The notes under the pieces: generated by a model | What the model was told of the DNA's origin: nothing | The model's database searches: none | The model's input: the letters and a program-made list of their open reading frames with translations, nothing else | Source of the DNA: Alphaproteobacteria bacterium | GTDB taxonomy: Bacteria; Pseudomonadota; Alphaproteobacteria; Bin95 | Direction: 5' to 3' | Length of the DNA stretch: 64,000 bases | NCBI GenBank assembly: GCA_965215305.1 | Contig: OZ244041.1 | Span: 3,177,689 to 3,241,688, forward strand | Part shown: positions 41,038-52,578 of the stretch, one piece after another | Layout of the letters: each line of letters starts with the position of its first letter | Position numbering within the stretch: position 1 is the first letter of the stretch | Translations under genes and position numbers: made by a program

Positions 41038-41429
41038 ATTTTAACCACCTTATCCGCCGCCAGTGTCAAGAGCCGCCGCAAGGTTCCGGCGCCGCAACAG
41101 AGCGACTCAACGAAATCGCAGCCAGTCGCGGCCATCGGGCCGGCTAGCGGCCCGGTCAACATGCCTGTCATGGTTCCCCCAAACCATTGCCAACGCCCAA
41201 AAAACCGCCGACTGCATAAAATACCGCGCCTCCGGCGGCGGCTCGCCTTCTACATAAAATGTCGTGGCTATGCAATGATGACATAACATTATTGGTGTCC
41301 GGCCCATCATCCAACGACCGGACCCGGTTCCGGGGCGGCGGGTCCCGGTCCGTGCGGGCTTCAAGCGACGGATATCGAGCTGCTGTGAGCGGTCCGGCCA
41401 TGAAGGCCTGCATCGCAAGGGAGGAACAG

Positions 41430-41705
41430 ATGGACAAGCGGGACGCGCCGCAGTCGGCCTCGGCGGCGGAGGAAGCCCTGATCGGCGAGATACCGGCGGT
41501 ATTCGTCAACAAGGTCTTCGTTTCGCCCATGCCGGGCGGGGCAAAGATCACATTTGCGGAAGCGCGCCGGGCGGCGGGCGAGGACGGTGCGGCGCCGCGT
41601 GTGGCGGTCTATCTGCATCATGGCGATCTCGCCGCCTTGCGCCGCCTGCTCGACTGGACGGCGGAAGCGTCCGATGCGCCGCGCTCCGGGGGGTCGCTGC
41701 ACTGA
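41430..41705 (+). CDS. Small hypothetical protein (~91 aa; possibly DUF3467-like)
   Basis: ORF 41259-41705; the internal start MDKRDAPQ is preferred. There is weak resemblance to DUF3467 (IPAVFVNKVFVSP...ITFAE) and no strong motif. Confidence 0.3.
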   Translation: MDKRDAPQSASAAEEALIGEIPAVFVNKVFVSPMPGGAKITFAEARRAAGEDGAAPRVAVYLHHGDLAALRRLLDWTAEASDAPRSGGSLH

Positions 41706-41721
41706 AGCCCGTCCGGGCCGT

Positions 41722-42339
41722 TTATGCCGGAGCCAGGCTTATCGGCGACTCGGCGAAAACCCGGTAGCTCTGCGATTTCGGCCTGTCCCGGTCCTCGTCC
41801 CTGACATAGCGGATGGAGGATGCGCCGAGCAGGGACCGCGGCAGGACCATCGCGCGGATGAAACGGCTCGGAACATCGAGCGACGCCTGCGCGAACACGG
41901 GCTCCGGGCCGCTTTCGAACCAGGCGCCGCCGGGCCCGTAGGACGAGGAGCGGCCCTCCGTGTCGATCCTGATTCCCCCTTCCCGAAGGCATCTGATTCC
42001 CGGGCCCTGATGGGTGTGGAGCAGCGCCGCGCCGCCCGGCGGGAAGGCGACGCTGTCAAGCCGGAGCAGGAGGTCGTCGGCAATCGCGGCCGGATCGAAC
42101 CCATCGGCAAGGCGGAGCATGGCCCGATGGGCGTATGCGGCGGGCCCCTCATTTGCAGGCGCAACCTCCCACCGCCAGACCGTAGCGCCCTCGCCGCCGG
42201 CGCACAGCTGCAGCGCCTCCGCCAGGACGACGCCTTCGTCAGCCGGAATATCCTGTCCATTCACCGAGACGCCGCCAGCGGAAACATAGAGCGCCCTCGG
42301 CAGAGGATCGTCGAACCGGACCTCCTCGCCGCCGAACAG
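41722..42339 (-). CDS. Cupin-domain protein
   Basis: A cupin motif (PGGAALLHTHQGPGIRCLREGGIRI, i.e. G(x)5HxH(x)3-4E(x)6G). Start chosen at MPYEMRLFE so as not to overlap the upstream hydantoinase gene. Confidence 0.5.
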   Translation of the reverse strand: MFGGEEVRFDDPLPRALYVSAGGVSVNGQDIPADEGVVLAEALQLCAGGEGATVWRWEVAPANEGPAAYAHRAMLRLADGFDPAAIADDLLLRLDSVAFPPGGAALLHTHQGPGIRCLREGGIRIDTEGRSSSYGPGGAWFESGPEPVFAQASLDVPSRFIRAMVLPRSLLGASSIRYVRDEDRDRPKSQSYRVFAESPISLAPA

Positions 42340-42383
42340 CACGTCCTCGAACAGCCGCATCTCGTATGGCATGCCCGGCGGCC

Positions 42384-43841
42384 TCACTCGTCCAGTTTCT
42401 TGAGCGCGATGGGGTCGAAGGGGGCGGTGAAGCGGCCGGTGGGGCGGATATAGTCGTAGGGCTCGCGCTTCAGCCACCGCCCGCGCCCCGGTTCGGCCGT
42501 CACCTCGCCGTCGTTCCAGATGACCTCGCCGCGCGAAAGCGTCATCACCGGCCAACCCGTCACCGACATGCCCTCATAGGGGGTGTAGTCGGTCTGCGTG
42601 TGCAGGTCGTCGCTGCGAATGACGACCTCCCGCTCCGCATCCCAGATGGCGATATCGGCGTCGGAGCCGACGGCGATCGTGCCCTTCTGCGGATAGAGGC
42701 CGAACAGCCGCGCCGGATTGGCGGCCGTCAGCGCCACGAACTCGCAAGGGCCGATCCTGCCGGCTGCGACCCCCTCCGAAAACACCAGCGGCAGCCGCGT
42801 TTCCAGCCCGGGCACGCCGTTCGGGATTTCGCTGAAGCGCGCATTGGCGCCGTGCAGCGCCTTCCCTCTCGGGTCGTCGAAGCTGTAGGGCGCGTGGTCC
42901 GAGCTCACAATGCCGAGCGTCCCGTCGGTAAGCGCGCGCCAGATCGCCTCGTGGTCCTCCTCCGTGCGCGGCGCGGGCGAGCAGATGAATTTGGCGCCCT
43001 CGAAGCCGTCCCGGTCCATGTCGTCGGCGGTCAGGGTGAGATATTGCGGGCAGGTCTCGCCAAACACCTTGACACCGCGCGCCTGCGCTCGGCGTATTTC
43101 CTCGGCGGCTTCCGCGCAGGTGACATGGAAGACCTGGATCGGCAGGTCCAGCAGTTCAGCCAGCGCGATCACCCGGTGGACGGCCTCGCGCTCGACGACC
43201 GGCGGCTTCGACCAGGCATGGTAGCGCGGCGAGGTCAGCCCCGCCTCCAGCAGCCGGTCGGTCATCCACATGATGGCGTCGTGGTTTTCCGCATGAACGC
43301 AGACGAATGCCCCGTGCTTCCTGGCGCAGGCGAACACCTTGAGCAGCTGCGCATCGTCCATCCGGTTCGACGGATAGGTCATGAAGACCTTGATCGAGCG
43401 GTGGCCCTCGGCAATCAACGCCGGCAACTCCTCCTCGATCACGGCCTCGGAAGGGTCGTTGACGATGATATGGAAGCAGTAGTCGATGACCGACTTGCGC
43501 GCGAGTTCGGCATAGCCGTCCATCGCTTCGCGCACGCCCCGGCCCCGAACCTGCGGCGAAAAGCTGATCGTGGTGGTGGTGCCGCCGCAGGCCGCCGAGA
43601 TCGACCCGCTGGTGAAGGTGTCCGCATTCGTCCCGCCGGTGGAGCCCGGCTGCTCGATATGGCAGTGGCTGTCCACCCCGCCCGGCATGACGAGCCGGCC
43701 CCCGGCGTCGATCTCCTGCGCGCCGCTGTCCAGGTTCTCGCCGAGCGCCGCGACGCGACCTCCGATAATTCCGATATCGGCCCGGACCATGTCCGACGCG
43801 GTGACCACCGTGCCGCCGCGGATAACCGTATCGTAGGCTGC
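42384..43841 (-). CDS. Dihydropyrimidinase / D-hydantoinase (cyclic amidohydrolase)
   Basis: A metal-binding HxH (GGVDSHCHIEQ) and a carboxylated-lysine region (KVFMTY). Length is about 485 aa. Confidence 0.85.
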   Translation of the reverse strand, partial: AAYDTVIRGGTVVTASDMVRADIGIIGGRVAALGENLDSGAQEIDAGGRLVMPGGVDSHCHIEQPGSTGGTNADTFTSGSISAACGGTTTTISFSPQVRGRGVREAMDGYAELARKSVIDYCFHIIVNDPSEAVIEEELPALIAEGHRSIKVFMTYPSNRMDDAQLLKVFACARKHGAFVCVHAENHDAIMWMTDRLLEAGLTSPRYHAWSKPPVVEREAVHRVIALAELLDLPIQVFHVTCAEAAEEIRRAQARGVKVFGETCPQYLTLTADDMDRDGFEGAKFICSPAPRTEEDHEAIWRALTDGTLGIVSSDHAPYSFDDPRGKALHGANARFSEIPNGVPGLETRLPLVFSEGVAAGRIGPCEFVALTAANPARLFGLYPQKGTIAVGSDADIAIWDAEREVVIRSDDLHTQTDYTPYEGMSVTGWPVMTLSRGEVIWNDGEVTAEPGRGRWLKREPYDYIRPTGRFTAPFDPIALKKLDE

Positions 43842-43861
43842 CATCTCAGGCCCTCCCGTCT

Positions 43862-44581
43862 TCAACTCGCACCCAGAATAACCGAACGGGCGCGCAAGGC
43901 TTCGCCTGAATCGACGAACAGCGTCTCGCCGGTGACCGAGGGCGTCTCGATCAGATAACTGAGCGCGGCGGCGACCTCCTCCGGCCGGACCGCGCGCCGG
44001 AGCGGCAGACGCGCGCCGAGCGCCTCCAGGCGCCCGGGCGTCATGCCGGCGCTTTCATAGACGATGCCGGGCGCGATCGCCGCGATCCGCAGCCGGGGCG
44101 CAAGCTCCGCCGCCAGCGCACGCACCGCGCCCTCCAGCGCCATCTTGGAAAGCGTGTAGGACAGGTAGCCCGCCCCCGGATGGCGGATTTTCTGGTCCAC
44201 GATATTCACCGCAAGCCCTGCCCCGTCCTCGCCGAGCGAGGCGGCGAAGGCCTGGATTGCGAGCAGCGGCGCGCGCAGATTGGTCGCCATATGCGCGTCG
44301 AAAGAGGCGGCGTCGAGCGTGCCGATCCGGTCCGGCTCGAACCGCGCGGCATTGTTGACCAGCACCGAAAGCCCGCCAAGCCGCGCACGCGCCTCCGCCA
44401 CAATCCGCGCCGGCGCTGCCGTGTCGTCCAGATCGCCCCGCAAAACGACGGCATCCAGATCCGCCGGCGGCTCGGTCAGGCGGGTGTGGACCGCCACCCG
44501 GTGCCCTGCCGCCAGCATCGCGCGGGCCAGCGCCAGGCCGAGGCGCCGCGCGCCGCCGGTTATCAATATGCGTTCCGCCAT
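43862..44581 (-). CDS. SDR family oxidoreductase
   Basis: ILITGGARRLGLALARAM, NNAA and YTLSKMAL motifs. Confidence 0.8.
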   Translation of the reverse strand: MAERILITGGARRLGLALARAMLAAGHRVAVHTRLTEPPADLDAVVLRGDLDDTAAPARIVAEARARLGGLSVLVNNAARFEPDRIGTLDAASFDAHMATNLRAPLLAIQAFAASLGEDGAGLAVNIVDQKIRHPGAGYLSYTLSKMALEGAVRALAAELAPRLRIAAIAPGIVYESAGMTPGRLEALGARLPLRRAVRPEEVAAALSYLIETPSVTGETLFVDSGEALRARSVILGAS

Positions 44582-44777
44582 GCCCCTGCCCCGGCCGGTC
44601 GAACCCGGCCTATCCTAGCCGCATGGCCGGGCCGCGAAATCGTTGCGACCAACCGTCCCGCCACCTTCTACCCTGTTCCGCAATGCTCTATATCGTCTTT
44701 CCTTCCTTGGGCGGCGCCCGAACCGGCTCGAGAGGCGGCGGCTCTTTACCAAACGAAACCTGCGGAGGTGACATCCC

Positions 44778-47700
44778 TTGTCTGCGTTGCCACCCAAGCA
44801 GGGACTCTACGACCCGCGCAACGAACATGACAGTTGCGGCGTCGGCTTTGTCGTCGATATCCGGAACCGCAAGTCCCACCGTATCGTCCAGCAGGGGCTC
44901 GAAATCCTGCTGAATCTTGACCACCGGGGCGCGGTCGGCGCAGACCCGCTGGCCGGGGACGGCTCCGGTATCCTGTTGCAGAAGCCCGACACGCTCTTCC
45001 GCGCCGTGGCGCCGGACGCCGGCATCGACCTGCCGGACGAGCCGGACTATGCCGCCGGCTCCGTCTTCCTGCCACGAGCCGACGCGCCGCGCGCCGTCTA
45101 TGAGGCGCTGGTGGAGCGCGTCGTTCGCGAGGAAGACCAACTGGTCGCCGGCTGGCGTACCGTCCCGGTCGCGAGCCGGATCCTGGGGCCGACCGTGGCG
45201 GCCACGGAGCCGGTCGTGCGCCAGATCTTCATCGCGCGCGGCCGCGGCACTGCGGCGGGCGACGCCTTCGAGCGCAAGCTCTTCGTCATCCGCAAGCGGA
45301 TCGAGAACGAAGCCGCGGCGGAGGAAGCGCCCGGCCTCGACGACTTCTATATCGCCTCGCTCTCCTGCCGCACCATCGTTTACAAGGGCATGCTGCTCGC
45401 GCCGCAATTGGGCGACTACTATCTCGACCTTCAGGATGAGCGGATCGAGTCCGCGCTGGCGCTGGTGCATCAGCGCTTCTCCACCAACACCTTCCCCTCC
45501 TGGCGGCTCTCGCATCCCTATCGAATGATCTGCCACAATGGCGAAATCAACACGGTGCGCGGCAATTACAACTGGATGGCGGCGCGCCGGCATGCGACCA
45601 GCTCAAAGCTGTTCGGCGACGACTTGGAGAAGCTCTGGCCGCTGATCCCGCCGGGCCAGTCGGACACGGCCTGCTTCGACAACGCGCTGGAACTGCTGAC
45701 ACGCGGCGGCTATTCGCTGGCGCACGCGATGATGATGCTCATTCCGGAGGCCTGGGCCGGCAACCCGCTGATGGACGAGGAGCGCCGTGCCTTCTACGAG
45801 TATCATGCGGCGCTGATGGAGCCCTGGGACGGGCCGGCTGCCGTGGCCTTCACGGACGGACGGCAGATCGGCGCCACGCTCGACCGCAACGGCCTGCGCC
45901 CGGCCCGTTACCTGGTGACGACCGACGGCCTGGTGGTGATGGCGTCGGAAGTCGGTGTGCTCGACATTCCGCCGGAGCGCATCGCCCGGCAATGGCGGCT
46001 GCAGCCCGGCAAGATGTTCATGATCGACCTGGAACAGCAGCGCATCGTGGACGATGGCGAGCTCAAGACCGAGTTGGCGCGCTCGCATCCCTACGGCCGG
46101 TGGTTGGCCAGCACCCGTTTCCGGCTCGACGACCTCGAGGCGCCGCCGCCCGCGGCCAGCAACCGCCCGCCGACGAACGGCCTGCTCGACCGCCAGCAGG
46201 CCTTCGGATATACGAGCGAGGATCTTGAGGTCTTCCTGCGGCCGATGGGCGAGGGTGGCGACGACCCGGTCGGCTCCATGGGTTCGGACACGCCGATCTC
46301 CGTCCTCTCCGAGCGGCCGAAGCTGCTCTACACCTATTTCAAGCAGCTGTTCGCGCAGGTCACCAACCCGCCCATCGACCCCATCCGCGAGGAACTGGTG
46401 ATGTCGCTGGTCTCGCTGATCGGGCCGCGGCCGAACCTGCTCGACCTGGACAGTGGCGGCGCGCACAGGCGCCTGGAGGTCGCGCAGCCGGTGCTGACCG
46501 ACGAAGACCTCGACAAGATCCGTCATGTGGCCGACCTGGCGGGCGGTGCATTCCTGACCGAAACGCTGGACACCACCTGGGATGCCACCGAGGGCGCGGA
46601 CGGCATGGGACCCGCGCTGGAGCGGCTTTGCGACGAGGCGAAGCAGGCGGTCGAGCAGGGCTTCAACATCCTTATCCTTTCGGACCGCGCGGTCGGGCCG
46701 GACCGGATCGCGCTGCCGGCGCTGCTCGCCTGCTCGGCGGTGCATCACCGGCTGATCCTGGAAGGCTCGCGCACCGGCGCCGGCCTCGTGCTGGAGACCG
46801 GCGAAGCGCGTGAAGTGCATCATTTCTGCGTGCTGGCGGGCTACGGCGCGGAGGCGGTCAATCCCTATCTCGCCTTCGAGACGCTGGACGCGCTCCACGA
46901 GGAGGGCGCCTTCCCCGCGGACTACACCCCCGAGAAGGTCCGCAAGAACTATATCAAGGCCGTCAACAAGGGCTTGCTCAAGGTCATGTCCAAGATGGGC
47001 ATCTCGACCTACCAGTCCTATTGCGGCGCGCAGATCTTCGACGCGGTCGGGCTCTCCAGCGAATTCGTGGAGCGCTATTTCACCGGCACGGCCACCACTG
47101 TGGAAGGCGCCTCGCTCGCCGAGGTGGCGGCCGAGACCGTGGCCCGGCACCGGGCCGCCTGGGGCGACGCGCCGATCTATCGCAACATGCTCGATGTCGG
47201 CGGCGAATACACATACCGGCTGCGCGGCGAACGCCACCAGTGGGAGCCGGACTCGGTCGCCAAGCTGCAGCATGCCTCGCGCGCCAACAATGCCGCGAGC
47301 TTTGAGGAATACGCCGCCATACTAAACGACCGGAGCCGCAGGCTGATGACCTTGCGCGGCCTGTTCGAGTTCCGCGAGGACGGCCATGGCGTGCCGCTGG
47401 AGGAGGTGGAGCCAGCCTCCGAGATCGTGAAGCGCTTCGCCACCGGCGCCATGTCCTTCGGATCTATCTCGCGCGAGGCGCACACCACGCTCGCCATCGC
47501 CATGAACCGCATCGGCGGCAAGTCGAACACCGGCGAAGGCGGCGAGGAGGCCGACCGCTTCCAGCCGATGGCGAACGGCGACAGCATGCGCTCGGCGATC
47601 AAGCAGGTCGCATCCGGGCGTTTCGGCGTCACGGCCGAATATCTCGCCAATTCCAATGACATTCAGATCAAGATGGCCCAGGGCGCCAAGCCCGGCGAGG

Positions 47701-49364
47701 GCGGCCAGTTGCCCGGCCACAAGGTGGATCGCAACATCGCGCGGGTCCGGCATTCGACGCCGGGCGTCGGGCTTATCTCGCCCCCGCCGCATCACGACAT
47801 CTATTCCATCGAGGACCTCGCCCAGCTCATCCACGACCTGAAGAATGTCAATCCGGAGGCGCGGATCAGCGTCAAACTGGTCTCGGAAGTCGGCGTCGGT
47901 ACGGTCGCCGCCGGCGTCTCCAAGGCCAAGGCCGACCATGTCACGATTTCGGGCTTCGAGGGCGGCACAGGCGCGTCGCCGGTCACATCGCTGACGCATG
48001 CCGGCTCGCCCTGGGAGATCGGCCTGTCCGAGACGCACCAGACCCTCGTGCTCAACAGTCTGCGCACCCGCATCGCCGTGCAGGTGGATGGCGGGCTGCG
48101 CACCGGGCGCGATGTCGCCATCGGGGCACTGCTCGGCGCGGACGAGTTCGGCTTCTCTACCGCGCCGCTGATCGCGATGGGCTGCATCATGATGCGCAAA
48201 TGCCATCTGAACACCTGCCCGGTCGGCATCGCTACCCAGGACGAGGAGCTCCGGCAGCGTTTCGCCGGCGCGCCCGAGCATGTCATCAACTTCTTCTTCT
48301 TCATCGCCGAGGAAGTGCGGCAGATCATGGCGCGTCTGGGCTTCCGGCGCTTCAGCGAGATGATCGGGCGCTCGGACCGGCTGGACATGCGCCGCGCCGA
48401 GAACCACTGGAAGGCGCATGGCGTGGACCTCGCCCGGCTGCTGTTCAAGCCGGAGGTCGGGCCGGGCGTCGATATCCACAACAGCGAGAGGCAGGACCAC
48501 GGCCTCGACCGCGCGCTCGACCAGCGCCTGATCGCAGAGGCCGCGCCCGCGCTCGAGCATGGCCGGCCGGTGAAGATCCGGACCGAGGTTCGCAATGTGA
48601 ACCGCACGGTCGGCGCCATGCTGGCCGGCGAGGTCGCCAAGCGGCGCGGCCATGCGGGTCTGCCCGAGGACACGATCGTCATCGAGGCGGAAGGCACGGG
48701 CGGGCAGAGCTTCGGTGCCTGGTCCACGCGCGGCATGGCGATTCATCTGGAAGGCGTGGCCAATGACTATGTCGGCAAGGGCCTTTCCGGCGGCCGGCTG
48801 GTCATCCGCCCGCCCGACGCCGCGCCCTACACGCCAAGCGAGAATATCGTCGTCGGCAACACCGTCCTCTACGGGGCCATCGAGGGCGAATGCTATTTCT
48901 CCGGCGTCGCCGGGGAGCGCTTCGCGGTCCGCAATTCCGGCGCCTGGGCGGTGGTCGAGGGCGTGGGCGATCATGGCTGCGAATACATGACCGGCGGCTG
49001 CGTCGTCGTTCTGGGTCCGACGGGGCGGAATTTCGCCGCCGGCATGAGCGGCGGCATCGCCTATGTCCATGATCCCGACGGCAGTTTCGAGAAGCGGTGC
49101 AATCTCGCCGCCGCGACACTGGAGGCGATCGCCGCTACCGGACGGGATGCGGATGACCTGCAGGACATGATGAACCACGATGAGGCGCGGCTCTACCGCA
49201 TGGTGGAGCGCCACCGCCGCTATACCGGCAGCGCCGTCGCCGCCGCCATGCTGGCCGACTGGGACGCCGCGCGCGCGCAATTCGTCAAGGTCATGCCCGT
49301 GGACTACCGCCGCGCATTGATGGAATTGGCGGCCGCCGACCGGGGGGCGGAGGCGCATGGGTAA
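44778..49364 (+). CDS. gltB: Glutamate synthase (NADPH) large subunit
   Basis: 1528 aa. It has an N-terminal Ntn amidotransferase ([17 protein letters not shown]), an FMN domain, and GXGXG-repeat C-terminal domains. A TTG start follows a GGAGGTG RBS. Confidence 0.92.
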   Translation: MSALPPKQGLYDPRNEHDSCGVGFVVDIRNRKSHRIVQQGLEILLNLDHRGAVGADPLAGDGSGILLQKPDTLFRAVAPDAGIDLPDEPDYAAGSVFLPRADAPRAVYEALVERVVREEDQLVAGWRTVPVASRILGPTVAATEPVVRQIFIARGRGTAAGDAFERKLFVIRKRIENEAAAEEAPGLDDFYIASLSCRTIVYKGMLLAPQLGDYYLDLQDERIESALALVHQRFSTNTFPSWRLSHPYRMICHNGEINTVRGNYNWMAARRHATSSKLFGDDLEKLWPLIPPGQSDTACFDNALELLTRGGYSLAHAMMMLIPEAWAGNPLMDEERRAFYEYHAALMEPWDGPAAVAFTDGRQIGATLDRNGLRPARYLVTTDGLVVMASEVGVLDIPPERIARQWRLQPGKMFMIDLEQQRIVDDGELKTELARSHPYGRWLASTRFRLDDLEAPPPAASNRPPTNGLLDRQQAFGYTSEDLEVFLRPMGEGGDDPVGSMGSDTPISVLSERPKLLYTYFKQLFAQVTNPPIDPIREELVMSLVSLIGPRPNLLDLDSGGAHRRLEVAQPVLTDEDLDKIRHVADLAGGAFLTETLDTTWDATEGADGMGPALERLCDEAKQAVEQGFNILILSDRAVGPDRIALPALLACSAVHHRLILEGSRTGAGLVLETGEAREVHHFCVLAGYGAEAVNPYLAFETLDALHEEGAFPADYTPEKVRKNYIKAVNKGLLKVMSKMGISTYQSYCGAQIFDAVGLSSEFVERYFTGTATTVEGASLAEVAAETVARHRAAWGDAPIYRNMLDVGGEYTYRLRGERHQWEPDSVAKLQHASRANNAASFEEYAAILNDRSRRLMTLRGLFEFREDGHGVPLEEVEPASEIVKRFATGAMSFGSISREAHTTLAIAMNRIGGKSNTGEGGEEADRFQPMANGDSMRSAIKQVASGRFGVTAEYLANSNDIQIKMAQGAKPGEGGQLPGHKVDRNIARVRHSTPGVGLISPPPHHDIYSIEDLAQLIHDLKNVNPEARISVKLVSEVGVGTVAAGVSKAKADHVTISGFEGGTGASPVTSLTHAGSPWEIGLSETHQTLVLNSLRTRIAVQVDGGLRTGRDVAIGALLGADEFGFSTAPLIAMGCIMMRKCHLNTCPVGIATQDEELRQRFAGAPEHVINFFFFIAEEVRQIMARLGFRRFSEMIGRSDRLDMRRAENHWKAHGVDLARLLFKPEVGPGVDIHNSERQDHGLDRALDQRLIAEAAPALEHGRPVKIRTEVRNVNRTVGAMLAGEVAKRRGHAGLPEDTIVIEAEGTGGQSFGAWSTRGMAIHLEGVANDYVGKGLSGGRLVIRPPDAAPYTPSENIVVGNTVLYGAIEGECYFSGVAGERFAVRNSGAWAVVEGVGDHGCEYMTGGCVVVLGPTGRNFAAGMSGGIAYVHDPDGSFEKRCNLAAATLEAIAATGRDADDLQDMMNHDEARLYRMVERHRRYTGSAVAAAMLADWDAARAQFVKVMPVDYRRALMELAAADRGAEAHG

Positions 49365-50793
49365 GGTCACCGGCTTCCTTGAGCACGGGCGCAGCGAGCG
49401 CCCCTACCGGCCGGTCGGGGAGCGCGTTCGCCACTGGCAGGAATTCGTCGTCCCGCTCGGCGACGAAGGGACAAGGACGCAGGCCGCCCGCTGCATGGAT
49501 TGCGGGATTCCGTTCTGTCACAACGGCTGCCCGGTCAACAACCAGATCCCCGACTGGAACGATCTCGTTTATCGCGATGACTGGCGCGAGGCGCTGGTGA
49601 ATCTGCACTCCACCAACAATTTCCCGGAGTTCACGGGGCGCGTCTGTCCCGCGCCCTGCGAGGAAGCCTGCGTCCTCAACATCAATGACGACCCGGTGAC
49701 CATCAAGACCATCGAATGCGCCATCGTGGACAAGGGCTTCGAAGAGGGCTGGGTGCAGCCGCATCCGCCGGCCGCGCGCAGCGGCAAGCGCGTCGCCGTC
49801 GTCGGCTCCGGGCCGGCAGGCATGGCGGCCGCACAGCAATTGGCCCGTGCCGGCCACGATGTCGTGCTGATGGAAAGGGAAGACCGCATCGGCGGCCTGC
49901 TGCGCTACGGCATTCCCGACTTCAAGATGGAAAAGCACCTGATCGACCGGCGTATGGCGCAGATGGCGGCGGAGGGCGTCGTCTTCCGCACAGGCGCGCA
50001 TGTGGGCGTCAATGTCGATGTCGAGGAACTGGTGGCGACGCATGATGCGGTGGTGCTGACCGGCGGGGCCGAGGCGCCGCGGGACCTGGCCGGCACGCCC
50101 GGGCGCAATCTGGACGGTATCCATTTCGCCATGGATTTCCTGCCGCAGCAGAACCGCATCAATGCGGGCGACCCGGCGCCGGCGGACAGGATCGTCGCCG
50201 CCGGGCGCAAGCTCGTCGTGATTGGCGGCGGCGACACGGGCTCCGACTGCATCGGCACTTCAACCCGCCAAGGCGCGGCGCGCATCGTGCAGCTCGAGAT
50301 TTTCGACGAGCCGGAGGAAAACCCCGACCTCAGCCTGGTCTGGCCCTACTGGCCACGGCGGCTGCGGATTTCCTCCTCGCAGAAGGAAGGCTCCGAGCAG
50401 CGCTACGAAATCGAGACCACGGCGTTTCTCGGCGACGAGGCGGGCCGCGTGCGCGCGCTCGCGACACGGCAGGTGCGTTTCGAGCCCGGCCAGGGCTTCG
50501 TGACCGTCCCCGGCTCCGAAAGCGAGATCGAGGCCGACCTCGTGCTGCTCGCCATGGGATTCACAGGGCCGGTCCGTGCCGGCATGATCGACAGGCTGGG
50601 CCTCGTACTCGACGCCCGCGGCAATGTCGAGGCCGATACGGAGAGCTACAGGACCTCGCGTGACAAGGTGTTCGCGGCGGGGGACATGCGCCGCGGCCAG
50701 TCGCTGGTCGTCTGGGCGATCCGCGAAGGCCGCCAATGCGCCCATGCGGTAGATGCCTTCCTCACCGGCCATCCTTCCGAACTCCCGCGCTGA
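49357..50793 (+). CDS. gltD: Glutamate synthase small subunit (NADPH-dependent)
   Basis: Fe-S cysteine clusters ([15 protein letters not shown]) and an FAD/NAD Rossmann ([14 protein letters not shown]). Its start overlaps the gltB stop. Confidence 0.92.
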   Translation: MGKVTGFLEHGRSERPYRPVGERVRHWQEFVVPLGDEGTRTQAARCMDCGIPFCHNGCPVNNQIPDWNDLVYRDDWREALVNLHSTNNFPEFTGRVCPAPCEEACVLNINDDPVTIKTIECAIVDKGFEEGWVQPHPPAARSGKRVAVVGSGPAGMAAAQQLARAGHDVVLMEREDRIGGLLRYGIPDFKMEKHLIDRRMAQMAAEGVVFRTGAHVGVNVDVEELVATHDAVVLTGGAEAPRDLAGTPGRNLDGIHFAMDFLPQQNRINAGDPAPADRIVAAGRKLVVIGGGDTGSDCIGTSTRQGAARIVQLEIFDEPEENPDLSLVWPYWPRRLRISSSQKEGSEQRYEIETTAFLGDEAGRVRALATRQVRFEPGQGFVTVPGSESEIEADLVLLAMGFTGPVRAGMIDRLGLVLDARGNVEADTESYRTSRDKVFAAGDMRRGQSLVVWAIREGRQCAHAVDAFLTGHPSELPR

Positions 50794-50836
50794 ATTTTCG
50801 GGGACGAAAAGGCCGGCGCCGGTCGCCTTCCCTCCG

Positions 50837-51007
50837 TCAGTCCAGAAGGTTGGCGCGCCCGCGCTTCAGCTTTCGCACGCGGGAGCCGCACAGCACGAAA
50901 GACAGCCCTTCGTCCTCGATCAGGCGATGCACCCCGTCCAGCAGGGCCGGCACCTTCTGCACCTCATCGATGACGACAGGCCGCGCCTTCTTGCCGGGCG
51001 AAAGCAT
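50837..51007 (-). pseudogene. Remnant of an AAA+ (AAA_14/DUF4143-type) ATPase gene (Walker B region only)
   Basis: The peptide ...[51 protein letters not shown] matches the Walker B and sensor region of AAA_14 ATPases. There is no Walker A upstream, and the upstream part of the ORF is Gly/Arg-rich nonsense. Confidence 0.35.
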
Positions 51008-51087
51008 TGCCTGCCTTGTCGGACTGGCCGAAAACGGGCAATTGGCTGGTCCGTCCGCACCCAAGAGACCGCCTGGGAGCGCCGCCT

Positions 51088-51876
51088 TTGCTGTCTTCGC
51101 CCGCCCGCCGCCGCCTGCTGGGCTTCGCTGCCGGTTTGACATTGTGCCACGGCCTCATCGCGCCCGTCTTCGGGGCAGACGGGGTTACGGTGTTCGCTGC
51201 GGCCAGTCTGAAGAACGCCATGGACGAGATTACGGCCGGCTTCGAGCAGAACGCCGGCCATGCCGCTGTGGTTTCGCTGGCGGGCTCCTCAGCACTTGCG
51301 CGGCAGATCCGCCACGGCGCGCCAGCAGATATCTTCATTTCCGCCAATCCGGGCTGGATGGACGCGCTGGAGCGGGAGGGCCTCATCGACCCGGCAAGCC
51401 GCTTCGACCTGCTGGGCAACAACCTCGTACTGGTCGCGCACGGCCGCGGCGTCGCGCCGGTCCGCGTCGGGCCAGGCCTGGATGTTGCCGCCATGCTGGG
51501 CGAGGGCCGCCTCGCCATGCCTCTCGTCGATGCTGTGCCCGCCGGCATATACGGCAAGGCGGCGCTCGAATGGCTGGGTGCATGGGAGGTCCTCGCGCCG
51601 CGGGTTGCGCAGGCCGACAATGTGCGCGCCGCGCTGGCGCTCGTCGCTTCCGGCGAAGCGCCGCTCGGCATCGTCTATGCAACCGACGCCGCAGCCGATG
51701 ACAATGTCACCGTCATCGGCGCCTTCCCCGCTTCGGCCCACCCGCCCATCGTCTATCCCGCCGCTGCAGTCGCCGCGAGCCGCAACCCGCTCAATCGCCG
51801 CTTCCTCGCCTGGCTGCGCGGCCCGGCGGCGCGACAGGCCTTCGAACGGCAAGGCTTTGTCCCCGTCTTCGACTAG
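51088..51876 (+). CDS. modA: Molybdate ABC transporter substrate-binding protein
   Basis: A signal peptide (RRRLLGFAAGLTLCHGLIAPVFGADG) followed by the ModA fold (VFAAASLKNAMDEI...DIFISANPGWMDAL). A TTG start at 51088 follows a GGGAG RBS; the track's start at 51007 would overlap the upstream remnant. Confidence 0.75.
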   Translation: MLSSPARRRLLGFAAGLTLCHGLIAPVFGADGVTVFAAASLKNAMDEITAGFEQNAGHAAVVSLAGSSALARQIRHGAPADIFISANPGWMDALEREGLIDPASRFDLLGNNLVLVAHGRGVAPVRVGPGLDVAAMLGEGRLAMPLVDAVPAGIYGKAALEWLGAWEVLAPRVAQADNVRAALALVASGEAPLGIVYATDAAADDNVTVIGAFPASAHPPIVYPAAAVAASRNPLNRRFLAWLRGPAARQAFERQGFVPVFD

Positions 51877-51885
51877 ACTCGACGT

Positions 51886-52578
51886 ATGGACTGGTTGAGC
51901 CCCGAAGAATGGCAGGCGGTGGCGCTGTCGCTCCGCGTTGCCCTTTGGGCAACACTCGCGAGCCTGCCGCTCGGCGTGCTGACCGCCTATGCCCTCGCGC
52001 GCTGGCGCTTTCCCGGCAGGCAGGTGCTGAACGGACTGGTGCATCTGCCCCTCATCCTGCCACCGGTGGCGACGGGCTATCTGCTGCTGCTGGCATTCGG
52101 CGCGCGCGGGCCTCTGGGCGGCCTTCTCGCGGAGGTCGGCATCGTCTTCGCCTTCCGCTGGACGGGCGCGGCGCTGGCGGCGGGAGTCATGGCCTTTCCG
52201 CTCATGGTGCGCGCCATTCGCCTGTCAATCGAGGCGGTGGATCCGAAACTGGAACAGGCGGGCGCTACGCTCGGCGCCTCGGGCCCCTGGGTCTTCGCGA
52301 CCGTGACCCTGCCGCTTGTGCTGCCGGGCGTTGTCGCCGGCGCGATTCTCGCCTTCGCCAAGGCAATGGGCGAGTTCGGGGCGACGATCACCTTCGTCTC
52401 GAACATCCCCGGCCAGACGCAGACCCTGCCGACGGCCATCTACGCCTTTCTGCAGACGCCCGGCGGCGAGGCATCCGCGCTGCGCCTGGTGGGCATCGCC
52501 GTCATCGTCTCCATGGCGGCGCTGCTGCTCTCCGAGTTCATCGCCCGGCGGGTGGCGAGACGGGTGGCTGGCGCATGA
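51886..52578 (+). CDS. modB: Molybdate ABC transporter permease
   Basis: 230 aa with an ABC permease EAA-like loop (LAFAKAMGEFGATITF) and five TM segments. Confidence 0.85.
   Translation: MDWLSPEEWQAVALSLRVALWATLASLPLGVLTAYALARWRFPGRQVLNGLVHLPLILPPVATGYLLLLAFGARGPLGGLLAEVGIVFAFRWTGAALAAGVMAFPLMVRAIRLSIEAVDPKLEQAGATLGASGPWVFATVTLPLVLPGVVAGAILAFAKAMGEFGATITFVSNIPGQTQTLPTAIYAFLQTPGGEASALRLVGIAVIVSMAALLLSEFIARRVARRVAGA

Noticed and set aside
41618-42555. The long N-terminal extension of the cupin ORF (277 aa), and the overlapping minus-strand ORF 41739-42260
   Set aside because: The extension would overlap the hydantoinase gene's 3' end and is Arg/Gly-rich. The start was trimmed to MPYEMRLFE. 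The other frame has no motifs.
42366-43958. A 530-aa + strand ORF
   Set aside because: It is antisense to the dihydropyrimidinase/hydantoinase gene.
45603-49370. Two long minus-strand ORFs (556 aa and 682 aa)
   Set aside because: They are antisense to gltB and have no domain signatures.
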